64,000 nucleotides of DNA from Gnetum montanum (lineage: Eukaryota; Plantae; Gnetophyta), in the NCBI GenBank assembly GCA_015680685.1, contig MNCI01002140.1, forward strand, positions 127,797 through 191,796, written 5' to 3'. Positions 1 to 12,840 of the stretch are shown in pieces; the stretch's first letter is position 1, and each line of letters starts with the position of its first letter. Below the pieces are notes generated by a model. It saw only the letters and a list, made by a program, of their open reading frames with translations. It ran no database searches and was not told the origin of the DNA. The position numbers were made by a program, and so were the translations under genes.

Positions 1-1786
1 AGCCATAGGTCCCAGCCAACAACAAGAAGCAGGACCCAACACAGGCCAGGATCTGCCACTGCTGCAAGACTACAGACCATCGATGAGCCATCTTAGGGCC
101 ATTGCCGAGACGATTAGTTGGGGAAGTCGTGATGATGCAAACCTCTTCCACATCATTGATGATGCTGACCAGCCTACTATTTCAGTAGATCACACACGGG
201 GTGAGTTATCAATGCAAACATGAGGAGGGGAAAGTAGATGGTCACATCAGATCTCTGGACATACAACATCTTTTCAAGTGCAGTTAGAGACTGGTGAAGG
301 GGCCACTGTGGTGGTCATGAAACACTAGGATGCCACGGGAGCTGTTGAAGTGGTCACTAACCACATCAAAGAGTCCTTTAACATGCCTGTTGTACCACCG
401 GTAGATCTTTCAGGAGCATGGGATGCTCAAACTATTGCCGAAACCTCAATGACTCCTGTAGAACATGAGGATGCATTGGACAGATTGCTTCAAATAGGAC
501 AAGTTTTGACATCTCTGTTTGACATCCCTCAGGATGTAACAACAATACAATCAGACCTCATTTCCACAAAGGGGAAGCTGGTCATATCCAAAGTAAGGGC
601 AGAGCATGCTGAAGCTGAAGTGCAGAAACTACAAGAGCAGCTCGTAGCCTTACAAGCAGCACAATGGGATCCTTTGCAAATTTTTCCCGTAGACCAATTG
701 GAAATTTTTAGAACTGAGCAATTAACAAAAATAATTGTAGAAAATAAGAAGGTGATAGAAGAAAAGGAGACGACCACTTGGGATGCCTCTGCAGCAAAGG
801 CGCAAACACATGTGCATCTTAAGGCACTCAGGGCCTTAGAAGAAGAAAATAAGCAGTTGGTTGCAGATAACCTTCAGTCAACTTCTGTGGGGAAACCAAA
901 GAATGTTCTCGATGAACACTTTCATCAGTTGCAAGAACAATTCATTCGGGTCAACCGAGATGTAAGCCGTTTAGCCAGAGAAAATAGAATCCTCTCAAGG
1001 GAGGAGGTACGTGCTATTCGACAAAAATTAGCCATCAAGATGAGCGCGTGGCAGAATGAGGCTAAACGACATGAGAAGCTGAAGGAGCATTTCCATGATC
1101 AGGTGGGGATGTACAAACAAATCCTGGAGAAGGAGATCCATATGGCCAAGGCTCAAATCAACAACATCAGTGCCTAGCACGCTGATTAGGGGGCCATATT
1201 GGACACTTATGCCTTCGCCCACCAAGCGGAAATTAAGAACCGAGACCTGCAGATCCAAGACTTGACTGAATACATGGAGTTGGCAAACCTTCGATATGCC
1301 GACCTGGCCATGTTAATAGCAGGATGCCCGAGGTCAAAGCTCGAGTAGCAGGTAGCTTCCACCCACATCAAATATGAAGCAGAATTTGCAGAACGAAAGA
1401 AGTTGGCTGAAAAACTAGATGTTGCAAATTTTGAACTTGCGATGGTGAAAGAAAGCTACCAAGGATAAAAGGATGTTGCAACTGACTTGGCTTGATGGCT
1501 AACAGAGCTTTACAAATACAAAGACAAAGCCAGAGCCTATGGAGAGGAACGATAGGTGTTCACGGCATGGTATGTTAAGGCTAATCAGATGTTTCCGCAA
1601 CTACCTTGTCCATGGGAAGTGTCGACTCCATCAAACATCGGAGCATCAGCATGGATGACACAGGACCCTCGGACTGAAGAGGAGAAGCTCCAGGCTAGGG
1701 TTCAGCATCGTCAACCTTCAAAGCTTGGAGCACGTGACAAAGGGAAAGCACCCATGGAGGAGCCACCACCACCAGGAACTACATGA
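1..1786 (+). pseudogene. Athila-like 3' accessory (env-like/ORF3) gene, C-terminal coiled-coil half, with in-frame stops
   Basis: ORF-track pieces 350-1177 and 1556-1786 share a frame; heptad-rich Q/E/K/L sequence ending DKGKAPMEEPPPPGTT*; collinear with 9070-10776 of element B. Confidence 0.75.
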
Positions 1787-1957
1787 GTTCCACATTTTTG
1801 TAGTTGTAGTATTTTTTCTCTGTGTTGTGTCTTCCCACACTGCGGCATTAGTCCATTTCTTTTTCCAGTTAATAATCCCATACCTATCCACTATGTAATC
1901 ACTGAAGCTTGTTCTCCTTGTAACTCAAGAATGAGTTTTTATTCAGTTGTGGGGGTA

Positions 1958-2957
1958 TGATGAGACATGATTCACATAGGCCGCGATATCGCGTCCACCG
2001 AGATATCGCATCCCCCCGCGATATCGCGTATGCAATATCACGTCTTCCCTATGATATTGCATACACGATATCACAGTCTACCATCATATATATAAATAAT
2101 ACGTGGCTCTCCCTTGTTCGGATCCCAGTTTAGAAGTAGCGAAGCTTTGGCAGTTTGATCCCTCCAGAGTTAGATTTTTTCACGTGTCTGCCCACAGTGT
2201 GGTGAATGTAATTGTACGGTGTCTTTATTCAAGTGTGCCATACTTGGACACACACATGACCAGCAATAAAGATCGAGATTACTTCATCATTGCAACATTC
2301 ACTTAGTTTATTTATTTTTATTTATTTAATGTTATTTATTACTTTCATAGCGCGGTGTGAGTACGACTTGACTACGAGCAACTACGGATGTGTACGGCTA
2401 GTCAAGGAATTGGTTACTCATCGTGATTAGTCTCTCACCCTTAAACTCCTAGAAGTGGAACGAGTATGACTTGGTTACGAGCATTTAAGTGTGACTACTT
2501 GGTAGCCCAGTGGCATATCCAGGATCTACGCTTGGTAACCTAGTGGCGTATTTGGGATCTGCGCTTGGTAATCCCAGTGGTGTACCTTGGAGCTATGCTT
2601 GGTAGTCCCAGTGGTAGTCATGCATGAAGTCCAAGATGTGTATGGTTGATCAAGGAATTGGTTGCTTGTCGCACTTAGGCTAGATTAGATTTCTTTACCT
2701 TTTCCTCCTAGCTTAGCTTAGTTAATATTCTTTTCCAATACCTTTAGGAGTAGCATAGATTAGGACACATCATACACCTCATCTGGACTAAACCATACGT
2801 GACATATGCAAAACTAGTCTAGGTCGGAAGATAGTGAACTGCGACCTAAGGCTAACTATCTAGGTGCCACAACTAGTCCATCTATGGAGTTCGACCGGAT
2901 CGTGCATGCGATGCTCATTTCGTATGGTTGAGTGTAGGGGTACCTCGCCACTCATCA
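1958..2957 (+). repeat. 3' LTR of element A (1000 bp)
   Basis: 7-bp terminal inverted repeat TGATGAG/CTCATCA; GCGATATCGC repeats ~1982-2075; TATA-like TATATAAATA ~2089; ~32-bp tandem CTTGGTAACCCAGTGG repeats ~2498-2615. Confidence 0.9.
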
Positions 2958-3477
2958 GTTACTATTATCATTTATTGCTCTTTATTATTCCTATCATTAA
3001 GTAGAATGAGTATGACTAATCTTGAGTGCTTAAGTGTAATTACTTGGTAACCCAGTAGTGTATTGCTTGATACACCTACTAAGGGTATGCTTGGTAAACC
3101 CAGTAGTAGTTGCATGAAGTCCAAGGTATGTATAGAATGCATGAAGTCCAAGGCATGTATGGAAGGTTAGGAATAAATAATCATCACACCTAGGCTAGTT
3201 AGACTTTACTTTCCATTGTTAATTAGATTAAATAAGTAATTTCTTTATCATCATTAGGAATAGCTTAGGGCCAAACAACATTAGTCATCATATGGTTCAC
3301 TTTGGACTAAACCATACGTGACAAAGCTACCAGTAGTCCAAGTGGGAAGACAACAAACTATAATCAAGGCATAATGATTTAGATACACAACTAGTCCCAT
3401 CCATAGAATTCAACCAGATTGTGCGTGAATGCTTGTGATTTGTATGGTTGAGCATAGGGGTACCTTGCTAATTATTA
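2958..3477 (+). repeat. 3' half of element B 5' LTR
   Basis: Collinear with 11361-11848, ending GGGGTACCTTG... Confidence 0.85.
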
Positions 3478-3493
3478 GCACCATTGCTAGGGA
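3476..3493 (+). promoter_or_regulatory. Degenerate primer-binding site of element B (Athila tRNA-Asp type)
   Basis: TAGCACCATTGCTAGGGA, explainable by G>A/C>T decay of TGGCGCCGTTGCCGGGGA, directly after the LTR. Confidence 0.65.
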
Positions 3494-3626
3494 TGGTGCT
3501 AGTTATCTAGATTAGTTATATTATCTGCAATAACTATAAATGCATTAATGATAGATCTTTCAAAACATATTAAATCACACAAATCAATTAAAAATAATGT
3601 CTCTTTCATAAGGAAGCAATAATGCA

Positions 3627-5950
3627 TTGCATGATAAGAACATTCATTGGAGAACTAAAAAGATATATATTGAAGAAAACTGGAGTGAAAAATCTCATGT
3701 AAGGGTTTCATATGTTCATGACCATCCTAAAGATACTCAAAGGCCACATTCACCTAAAGCATACAACCCTAGACGAGATAAAGTAAGTCCTAGACTAGGG
3801 GGGGGGGGGGGGGGTTCAAGGCCTAGGACCTCCTCAAAACCTAGAAAAGATAAATCAAGGGATCATGGGGAACACCATAAAAGCCATGGCAATCCTCCCA
3901 GTTCATGGTCTTCCTCCTCCTTTTCAACATTAGGTTTGATGAAGATGAACATAGGTATAGAGACAAAGCTCCACTATGATGTCAAAATAAAAATAGAAAT
4001 CAAAACCATGGAAAGAGTCAAACACATTAACATGAACATAGTCAAAATCCTCACAATTAGGAAACTAGAAATAGTAATTTTCACCATAACATGTTCAATG
4101 ATGATGAACCCTTGTTGGCCACTAAGAGCCTAATGCAGATCATAGAGGTAGTTACGATACCCCATAGTCATCATAGGGAAAGTTTCCTAAAAAGGCTTGA
4201 TATGAATAATATCCCTAAATTTTTGAAAGGCTATGATTCTAATCCATGACATCATTTACAAGCCTTCCATGATGGCTGTGTCTTAAAAAATATTAAAAGT
4301 GGGTGTAAAAAGCTTAAGCTCTTTCCTAGGATACTAATATACAAAGCCAAAGTATGGTATAGATTGTTGAAACCAAATTCAATTTGGTGGTGGTCCATAA
4401 TATTGGAACTCTTCTAGAGAAATACCAAACCTATGTAAGGATGTTCAACCTGAGGAAATAGATCCAAGGATAGAGATAAGAATAATGTGAACCCTTGGAC
4501 ATGACCCTAGATAGATATTATTTTGTATTGAATAGATGCATGGGCCATGGTTTCTTTGAGGAAGAGAAACTTTTCCAGATCATAGATGGGCTTCATAATA
4601 AAATGAGGGAGATCCTCGAAATGTATGCTCAAGGGAAATTATATGGGCTACAAACCCATCAGATCCAAAAGCTAATCAAGCATGTGGCAAAAGAAGAGGG
4701 AGAACTATGTAAATGGAAGAATGTTAAGAAATATCACCATGACCAAACTCTTCAAAAGAAGAAGATCCACATCTAGGGTAAGGAGAAAGAGGCAGCTCTT
4801 GATTTTGCAACAAACCTTGTCGGTACATAAGTTTATCGATGAACTTGAAGAAAGGTTTGATAGGATGTTGGAGTGGATAAATGAGAAATTTACAACTTTC
4901 ATAGAAATTGTAGAGAAGAAGGTAATGCAAAATAAATTAAGAGATCCCAATAAACGAAGGAAGAAGGACCAAGAAATAGTTAGGAACATTATTGGAAAAT
5001 AGGGAAAATGGCTTAAGAAAAAGAGGCTATAAATTCAACCATAGATGAAGATGACGGATGTGGCATTTGAATATATGACCACCTATAGGGATATTGTCCA
5101 ATCATGTTGCATCTACATGAGTATTGGGCTTTTGCATTAAATCCCAAGTTTGTATAGAAGCATATGCTTAGGAAATTACCTTTCCCACAAGGTAATTATA
5201 GATAGTCCTACAACGAATTATACTATCCTAGGGGGACTTCTTACTAGCCTTAAATACTATCATCAACCATAGTGGCAAAACCCACAGTTGTGGGGAAGGC
5301 CATCATCAAACTAGCCCTACCCTCACTATTAGCCAAACCCATACAGATATTATGTTCAGCAACCTATTTTCCAAACTAGTTCTACAACCTCTACCTTAAA
5401 TCGCTACTATTACTCTCCCAAGTATCATCAACCCATGAAATCTCTTGAAGGATTACCACCTCACACCTCTTCCATCCTATCCTTGATATTCTCATACTCC
5501 ACCCCATCACATGTCACAACCAATAACACAAGAAGGTTCAACACCACAACATCAACAAAAGAATGCCACTTGTGCTACAAATGTGCATAGACATGATAAT
5601 GCTAGTAGGTTCTGATCACAATCCTGAAAATTTCCTTTCTTTAGGATGTCTCCCATGTGTAGCTGCAACACTCATGGACCTACTAGATCATCCAAACTAG
5701 CACAAGCCAATCAAGTGCAAAGCCTTCCCTTTCACAACCAATGTCCTTTGATGCTACGGAAGGACCACCATCCAATGTTACTTCAACACCTAACAGAAGC
5801 AATGAATCTAGCATTGTAGAGAGAGAAATGAATCCATGCATATCTAATCATGATCAAGGGTGTAGGCATGAGCCAAACATTTGCAATGTTGACACAACTC
5901 ATTCTCTAATCCACTGTACATTTAACAACCAAGTATGTGAAAAATAACCT
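3627..5950 (+). pseudogene. Degenerate gag of element B (retrotransposon gag domain)
   Basis: ~4200-4420 reads NNIPKF..DSNP*HHLQAFHDGC..KLKLFPRIL..KAKVWY..LKPNSI..W..ILELFLEKY, the Athila gag signature; stops and frameshifts. Confidence 0.7.
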
Positions 5951-8026
5951 ATCTATGTAGCCACCACTAAACCAAGAGATACCCAGTGGCTTGAAAATGA
6001 AAGATTAACATTATTTCACAAATGCATGGAGCCTGCGTATCCACTTATTAATTCTTCTCATGATCAAATGCTTAGTCGTGGGGGAAATGCCACATCCTAA
6101 CACAGAATTAATAGGTGTTTTTTATTTTTTTGTTTTACAATTCTTTTTATCATTTTCTTATTTCTTGATATCCTTTTCAACTTTTTCCACATTTTTTTTT
6201 CATTCCCTTTATTAGTAATCTCGGTTGTGAATAAAATGATCTCATGTAGCCCATTGAGGTGAGGTTTTCTCTATGTTGTCAAGCCATGAGGAATTGATTA
6301 TTTGGATAGTGAGACCACATCATCCATCCACCCATTCCATTAATAAGAGGTTTTTGCTATGATCATAATGATATTCTTTCTTCATAAACTAGGAATAAAT
6401 TCATAATCATTTTGCCTAGATAGAAAAGTGAAGAACCAAGTAGGATTGTGAAGGATGTGACATCAAGGGAATTTTTGGATTCTCTTTGACCACTTCTGTA
6501 TATTCTATTATGTTGCCAAGGTTGTAATTATATCCTTGTAGATCTAATGAAAAATGGAAGTAAGAGTAAAATAAGTGTTGCCTTACCATGTCACTAAAAA
6601 GACATGTTATCCATGCCTGAAGGTTGGCAACTTCTAAAAATTTCATGAAAAGAAAAGAAAAAGAAAAATGAAAAAGTGCCATGAATAAACTTCTTCCTTG
6701 GACAAAATGCTAAGTGATGTTACTCCTTGCAATGGTGTTAGTGTTGTGGTTGTCAATTGAAGAGATGAAATAATGCAATGTCACTGGAGCATGGTATGGA
6801 CTTCTTTTGAACCTTGGAAAGAAGGGCTAATGATTACTTAACCATTAATAACACACGAGGATTCATTATGCCTATGGTAAGGCACCTCATGTTCAAATTT
6901 CTACAATCCTTTCTAAAATCCATCTCATTTGACTATTTGTATGATCCTAACTTATGGTTTTGTGTAACATAGAGTTATTTTCTCAAGTTTATGGTTTTAA
7001 CATGTGTGTTTTTTCCCATAAGTATGTGTTGAATTCAACCCCTTTGGTGCCTACAAACATTCTTAAGTGTGGTTATATAATAGCATTAAAGGTAGAGCCT
7101 ACTTTGGGGAGGATCCACTTGTATAACTGTTGTAACTTGTACTTGGCTAACACAACTGCATCATCTTTGACCTTCCAACTACATAAATGATAAATTCAAT
7201 ACCTTTCCTTATCATATAACTGATCCATTCTACAACATGAGTATAATACCCCTTTCCTTACACATTTTCAAGCTCTTAATGCTTGTGATTCCATATTCCA
7301 CCACTATCAGTGCCCAAATATGAGTTCTCACTTATCCCATATTTGTGGATTTTACATGAAACCTTCCAACCAATCATAGAGTTTTATTTTCCATGCTAAA
7401 TATTCTCATTAAATGCATTTCCAAGCACCTCGATATCGGCTACCTAATATCAGGTCCATAAAAAGCTATAAATAGGACCCCTATAGTATTCAAAAAATTC
7501 ATTATCATCACTTGAAGCTAGGGGAGTTTTTGAATTTTTCTCTCTCAAATTAGAGCTCTTTGTAACCAAATTTCACATGTGATATCTTGTTTCATACTAC
7601 TTTTATTTTTGTGGTTGTTGAATCGAGTTGAATCCGAAGTGTTCAATTTAGCTGGGGGAGGATGCTTGCATGGAAAGCTTACACTAATTTTTTGAAATTT
7701 GCTATCACCCAGAAGATATTATAAGGGTAAGCATGTTAAAAACCTTAAGTATTTTAATGAAAAATCAATTGTATGAATGCTAGAACCTCTAATTCCTTCA
7801 TGTAAGGGATCATAACTATCATTATAAGCCATACATAAGAGAAAAGAGGCCAATTGTGAGGGATCATAAAAGAAGTTAACACTTTTTGGGCATTTTTCTA
7901 GAAATTTCTAACTCTATAATCATATGAGCTAAAGAACTTAATAGAACTAAGTTCATGAGTAAGGTATAAATTTGTTAATGATGAATGATAACACCTTAGT
8001 AACATCAAACCCTTGATTGATTGTAG

Positions 8027-10776
8027 ATGGCCACAAAAAGAGGAGGATAAGAAGGAACTTTGCAAGGTGTAAGTAAATGCCTGAGGGGTGGTAGAGGCTA
8101 ACTAGGAAAACAAGGCCCACTAGTTGAGCATGAAGAATAGGAGGCCTAGTCGTTTATCATTCATCAAGAGGCTTATACTATAGGGTAATAAATCCAAGGG
8201 AAGGCTAAAGAACCATAGGCCATAGTGCAAGGATAATGCCTCACATTGTTCCATGAATGCCTCAAAGCCGTCTAAGAGAAATCCATGTTGACCATGGTCA
8301 TTGTGGAAATGAACTTTAGGCCATTCATGACATTTGCTCTTGAGGCAGTTAGAACTCAACTTTAGGCATCGCCTCTATGGCACATCCTCTCTAAAAGTGG
8401 GAAATGGTACCTTAGTGAGATGTACTAGTTTTGGCATAATAAGAGGGCACCACAATCAACATTGATGGATTCTCTATCTCTTTTTTAGTCAAGGCAATCA
8501 TAGAGGCTCTAAACCTATAAAATTTGGGGGTCGAAGTGATACATCTATCCACAAGGTTTAATGAAAAGACTAGGAAGTTGTGGTTGAAGAAGGTGTCTAA
8601 CAAAGACAATAAAACATATAGTGAGTTGACTCTAGAAGAGAGGACTTATTTTGATATCAGCACCTACCATCTCTTCCAAAATAAAAAGCTCAACAGAATA
8701 TCAACTTATGCGGCTAGAATAAGTACAATCTCGATGGGCAAATAGGATGCTAATATTGCCCAATTGTACTTCATGGAAATTCAAAGGAAATTTGAGGAAA
8801 GAAGGGTAAGGAAGTTGACACTTCCATTTCCTTGCCTAATTAGAAAGTTGTGCAAGTGTGTTGGAATCTTGGGTTATAGTAATGATGTTCCTAGGAGAGC
8901 TCATAATGCTTCCTTCATTGAATTGCTAAAACCCGTAGCACCAAGGAAAGACCTTGGTGAGGAACAAGAAGAAGAACCAAAGAAGGGGCTAGAATAAGAA
9001 CTTGAAAGGGAGCTCGAGCAAGAACTAGTGAAATGATGAGAGCCACAAGTTCCACTGCCATCATCACAAGGTTATAACACTATAATGAGCTATCTAAAAA
9101 GAATAGCTAAAAATATCAATTGGGGAAGTAGGGATGAATAAAACCTCTTCTAGGTCATCAATGATGTTGTGTAGTCCATAGTTTCTGCTAATCCATCAAG
9201 GAGGAAAATTTCTTTACAATTAGGAGGAGAAGCCCAATGGTCATAGTAGATCTCTAGGAATGATACATATTTTCAAGTGGTGATTGATATAGGAGAAGGT
9301 GTCATAGTCATGGTTATGCAGCACCAAGATGTGGTAGGCATAGTAGAAGTTATCATAGACCACATTAAAGAATCTTTTAATGTGCTTGTTGTGCCTTTGG
9401 TAGATTTGACTAGAACCAAAGATGCACAAATGCTAGCTAGGACTTTAATGAATCTTGTAGCTCATGACGATGTAGTTGACAGATTGTTGAAAATTGGATA
9501 AGTAATGGCAACTTTGTTTGACATCCCTAGTGATGTCACTGTAGTACAATCTAACCTCATTGCTACAAAAGGAAAATTAGTTATGGCAGACACTAGGATA
9601 GAGCATGTAATAACAGAAGTGCATAGGTTACAATAAGAGCTTGTTGTCCTAAGAGTTGAAAGGAGGGATCCTTCCCAATTCATTACACCTAACTAGTTAG
9701 AATAATTTTGAATAGAGCAGTTGGGTTGATTGCTTGAATAGGATAAAGTTGTTGAATAGGAAAAGGATAAAGTAGTCTAGAATGCCTTAACCACCGAAGC
9801 CCAAGCATATGCCCATAAGAAGGCATTGGTCACTACAAAAGAGCAGAATAAAAAACTTGCTACTGATAATGCAAGGTTCACCACTATAGAGAAATAGAAA
9901 AATATCTTGGAAGAAAGTGTTCATCAATACAGGAAATAACTAGTGAGGGTAAACCAAGACATAAGTAGATTGGCTAGAGAAAATCAAACCCTCTCAATGA
10001 AGAAGGTTCATGCAATTTTTCAAAAATATACAATTGAGATAAACACATGGAAAAATGAGGCTAAGAAACATGAAAATATGAAGGAGCACTTCTAGGACCA
10101 AATTGGCATGTACAAATAGATTAATGAAAAAGAAATCCAGATGGAAAAGGTCTTCATCAATTCCATGTCAGTGTAGAATCCTAACTGGTAGCCCATCTTG
10201 AATAACTATGCCTTGGTCCACCAAGTAGAGGTGAAGAATAAGGAATTGAAGGTTAAAGATTTGAAAGAGTACAGGGAATTAGCTAACTTTCTCTACAATA
10301 ACCTTTCCATGTTAATAGGTTAGCCTAGAACTGATTTGGAGTAAGAACTAGCACCCACTTATGCCTTATATGAAAAATAGTTTGTAGATAGGAAAAGTGC
10401 TCTTCAAAAACTCCACATAGTAAACTTGGAATTGGAAGCAATTAAGGCTCACTACCATAGGTAAAGAGATGTATCCTTCAAGCTAACTAAAAGATTAAAA
10501 GATCATCATGAACTAAAAGAAAATGCCAAAGATTTCGAGAAGGAATGATAGTAGTTCGTAGCATGGCACATGAAAGAAAACAAGATGTTTCCATAGCTAC
10601 CATGTCCATGGGATGTATCAGTTCTAGCACACATTGACTCATCAACTTGGATGGTACATGATCCAAGAACAAAGGAGGAGAAGTTGCAAGCACTCTTGAA
10701 TTGCTATAAATTCTAGAAGCCTGATGATATGGGGAAGTGACCCATGGAAGAGCCACCACCTGTGAGAACTACATGA
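8027..10776 (+). pseudogene. Accessory (env-like/ORF3) gene of element B, ~915 codons, decayed
   Basis: ATG at 8027 directly after a TTGTAG acceptor; LTLPFPCLIRKLC motif (~8815-8855) typical of Athila ORF/plant transposon protein domains; C-terminal coiled coil; ends PMEEPPPVRTT*. Confidence 0.7.
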
Positions 10777-10965
10777 GTTTCCTTAGTTTTGTTGTTTTGT
10801 TATGATGTGTCCATTTTGTGTAAAATACCACTACAACATGAAAGAGTTAAATTGCATGTCTTTTTAAGTCAGTCAATAATTCCATACCTTCCCAATATTT
10901 TTTCAAGGACTTGTTTCTCATTTTTGTTTAAATTGAGGGTGAGTTTTTATTTAGTCATGGGGGTA

Positions 10966-11848
10966 TGATGAGTCATGTTATGCAGGACTACAATATTAGG
11001 TATTGAATATCAGGGCCATCATGTCAGGTATTCGATGTCGGGGCATAACCTTCAATGTTAGGGATCTAATATCTCCCCTTTCGTGCTAGCCTATAAATAC
11101 CAAACTAGGGTGCACAATTGGGATATAGAAAAAATAGAGATAGATTCATATATTTTGATAGATTTCAAGTTTTGTTAGTTTCTAGTGCATGCCCACAGTG
11201 TGATGTTATGTGATTGTACGACATCCTTATTTGAGTCTAATGTACTTGGACACGTTACATGTTTAGCAATAAATATTGAGATTACTTCCATCATTGTAGC
11301 ATCCACTTAGCTTTATTATTGCTTTTAGTTGCTTAAATGTTTACCGATTTCCTTAGCTAATGTTATCATTTATTACTCTTTATTATTCCTATCATTAAGC
11401 AGAATGAGTATAACTAATTACGAGTGCTTAAGTGTAATTACTTAGTAACCCAGTATTGTATCATTTGATATGCCTAGTAACGGTACACTTGGTAAACCTA
11501 GTGATAGTTGCACGAAGTCTAAGGCATGTATGGAAGGTTAGGAACAGATACTCATCACACATAGGCTATTTAGACTTTATTTTCCATTGTTAATTAGATT
11601 AAATAAGTAATTTATTTATCATCATTAGGAATAGTTTAGGGCCAAAAAACATCATGCATCATATGTCTCACTTTGGACTAAGCCATACGTGATAAAGCTA
11701 CCACTAGTCCAAGTGGGAAGACAATGAACTATGATCAAGGCATAATGATTTAGATGCACAACTAGTCCCATCCATGGAATTTGACTTGATTGTGTGTGAA
11801 TGCTTGTGATTCATATAGTTGGGTGTAGGGGTACCTTGTTTCTCAACA
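10966..11848 (+). repeat. 3' LTR of element B (883 bp)
   Basis: Follows PPT TTAGTCATGGGGGTA; TGATGAG...CTCAACA; TATA CTATAAATA ~11091; related to the LTR of A. Confidence 0.9.
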
Positions 11849-11959
11849 ATTACAATGCATCCTTTTAGGTCTTAATTATAACTTATCCCTTTAGGTCTTA
11901 TTACAATAATTAGATACAAAGTGATGCCATCTTTGTTATAGAATGACACCATTTGGCAT

Positions 11960-12366
11960 GGGGACATGAAAGTAACTATTCCTAATGAAAAAGTTTACTT
12001 TATGACTTTGCATTAGAGGAAGTAGTTACATAAACAAGTTAGTGAATTGCTATCTAATGGTTTTATTAAGAAGTATATCTCTCCATGTGTCATTCTAACT
12101 ATTTTTATTCCCAAAAAGGATACCAATATAATGTAAATGTGCATTGATTCGAAGGCTATTAATAGAATTATAGTTAAGTATAGGTTTTCTATTTATAGAA
12201 TGGATAACATTCTTGATATTTTAGCCAATGCTAAAATATTTTCAAATATTGTTTTGAAAAGTAGTTAACATCAAATTAGACTTAGATTAAGAGATGAAAG
12301 GAAAATGACATTTAAAATACTCAATGATTTGTATGAATGGTTATTCATGCCTTTTGGGCTAACCAA
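11960..12366 (+). pseudogene. Chromovirus (CRM-like) Ty3/gypsy reverse transcriptase, N-terminal part
   Basis: Reads [56 protein letters not shown]; interrupted at the ACCAA TSD. Confidence 0.85.
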
Positions 12367-12840
12367 CATTGAAGATTTGATGTATTTTATCAAGCTTAAT
12401 ATGTTGACCAAGATTTATATTATATCATAGTGCATGTCTATAGTCCACCATCATAGTGTACAACACCATGGTGTTGGTGCTAGTTAGCTAAATTTTTTTA
12501 TAAGTAATTTAATTATTACATTCTTTCATTAGTATTAACTACTCATTATGTCTATTTGTGCTATTGAAATGACCATTTTTATTAACCTATATAATTGTTA
12601 ATTTTGGTTCTTTCAAATTTAGAATTTATGGAATGTAATAATAGAGATACATTATTTACTATTACATTTTTTTATTTATCATTGCTTACGATTAAGATGT
12701 ATTTATTATGAGTAACACCATAAACATTATAATATTCATAGTATGTTTTAACCTTTATGTTCTTTAATTTATGTTGTAATAGTCATCAATGTATTTCTAC
12801 TTTCCTAGACCTTGTGATCTAAGTATCATAAAACTTAACA
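12367..12840 (+). repeat. 5' LTR of element C
   Basis: (CA)TTGAAGATTTGATG...AAACTTAACA, collinear with 20328-20804. Confidence 0.9.

Larger units (their letters stand above)
1..2957 (+). mobile_element. Element A: 3' end of an Athila-like Ty3/gypsy LTR retrotransposon, inserted in the 5' LTR of element B
   Basis: Decayed accessory ORF, then PPT (TTGTGGGGGTA, 1947-1957), then an LTR TGATGAG...CTCATCA. Sequence after 2957 resumes mid-LTR of element B (matches ~11361 onward). The 5' part is outside the window. Confidence 0.85.
2958..11848 (+). mobile_element. Element B: non-autonomous Athila-like LTR retrotransposon (gag + accessory ORF, pol deleted)
   Basis: Remaining 5' LTR half 2958-~3477 matches 11361-11848; degenerate PBS resembling TGGCGCCGTTGCCGGGGA; gag remnant; no RT/RH motifs; PPT at 10951-10965; 3' LTR TGATGAG...CTCAACA. 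Confidence 0.85.

Noticed and set aside
350-1177. Host coiled-coil gene
   Set aside because: Lies directly upstream of a PPT and LTR and has a decayed paralog at the same position in element B.
12367-12368. Non-canonical CA start of the 5' LTRs of C and D2 (27967)
   Set aside because: The 3' LTR of C and sister LTRs start with TG; most simply post-insertion mutation.
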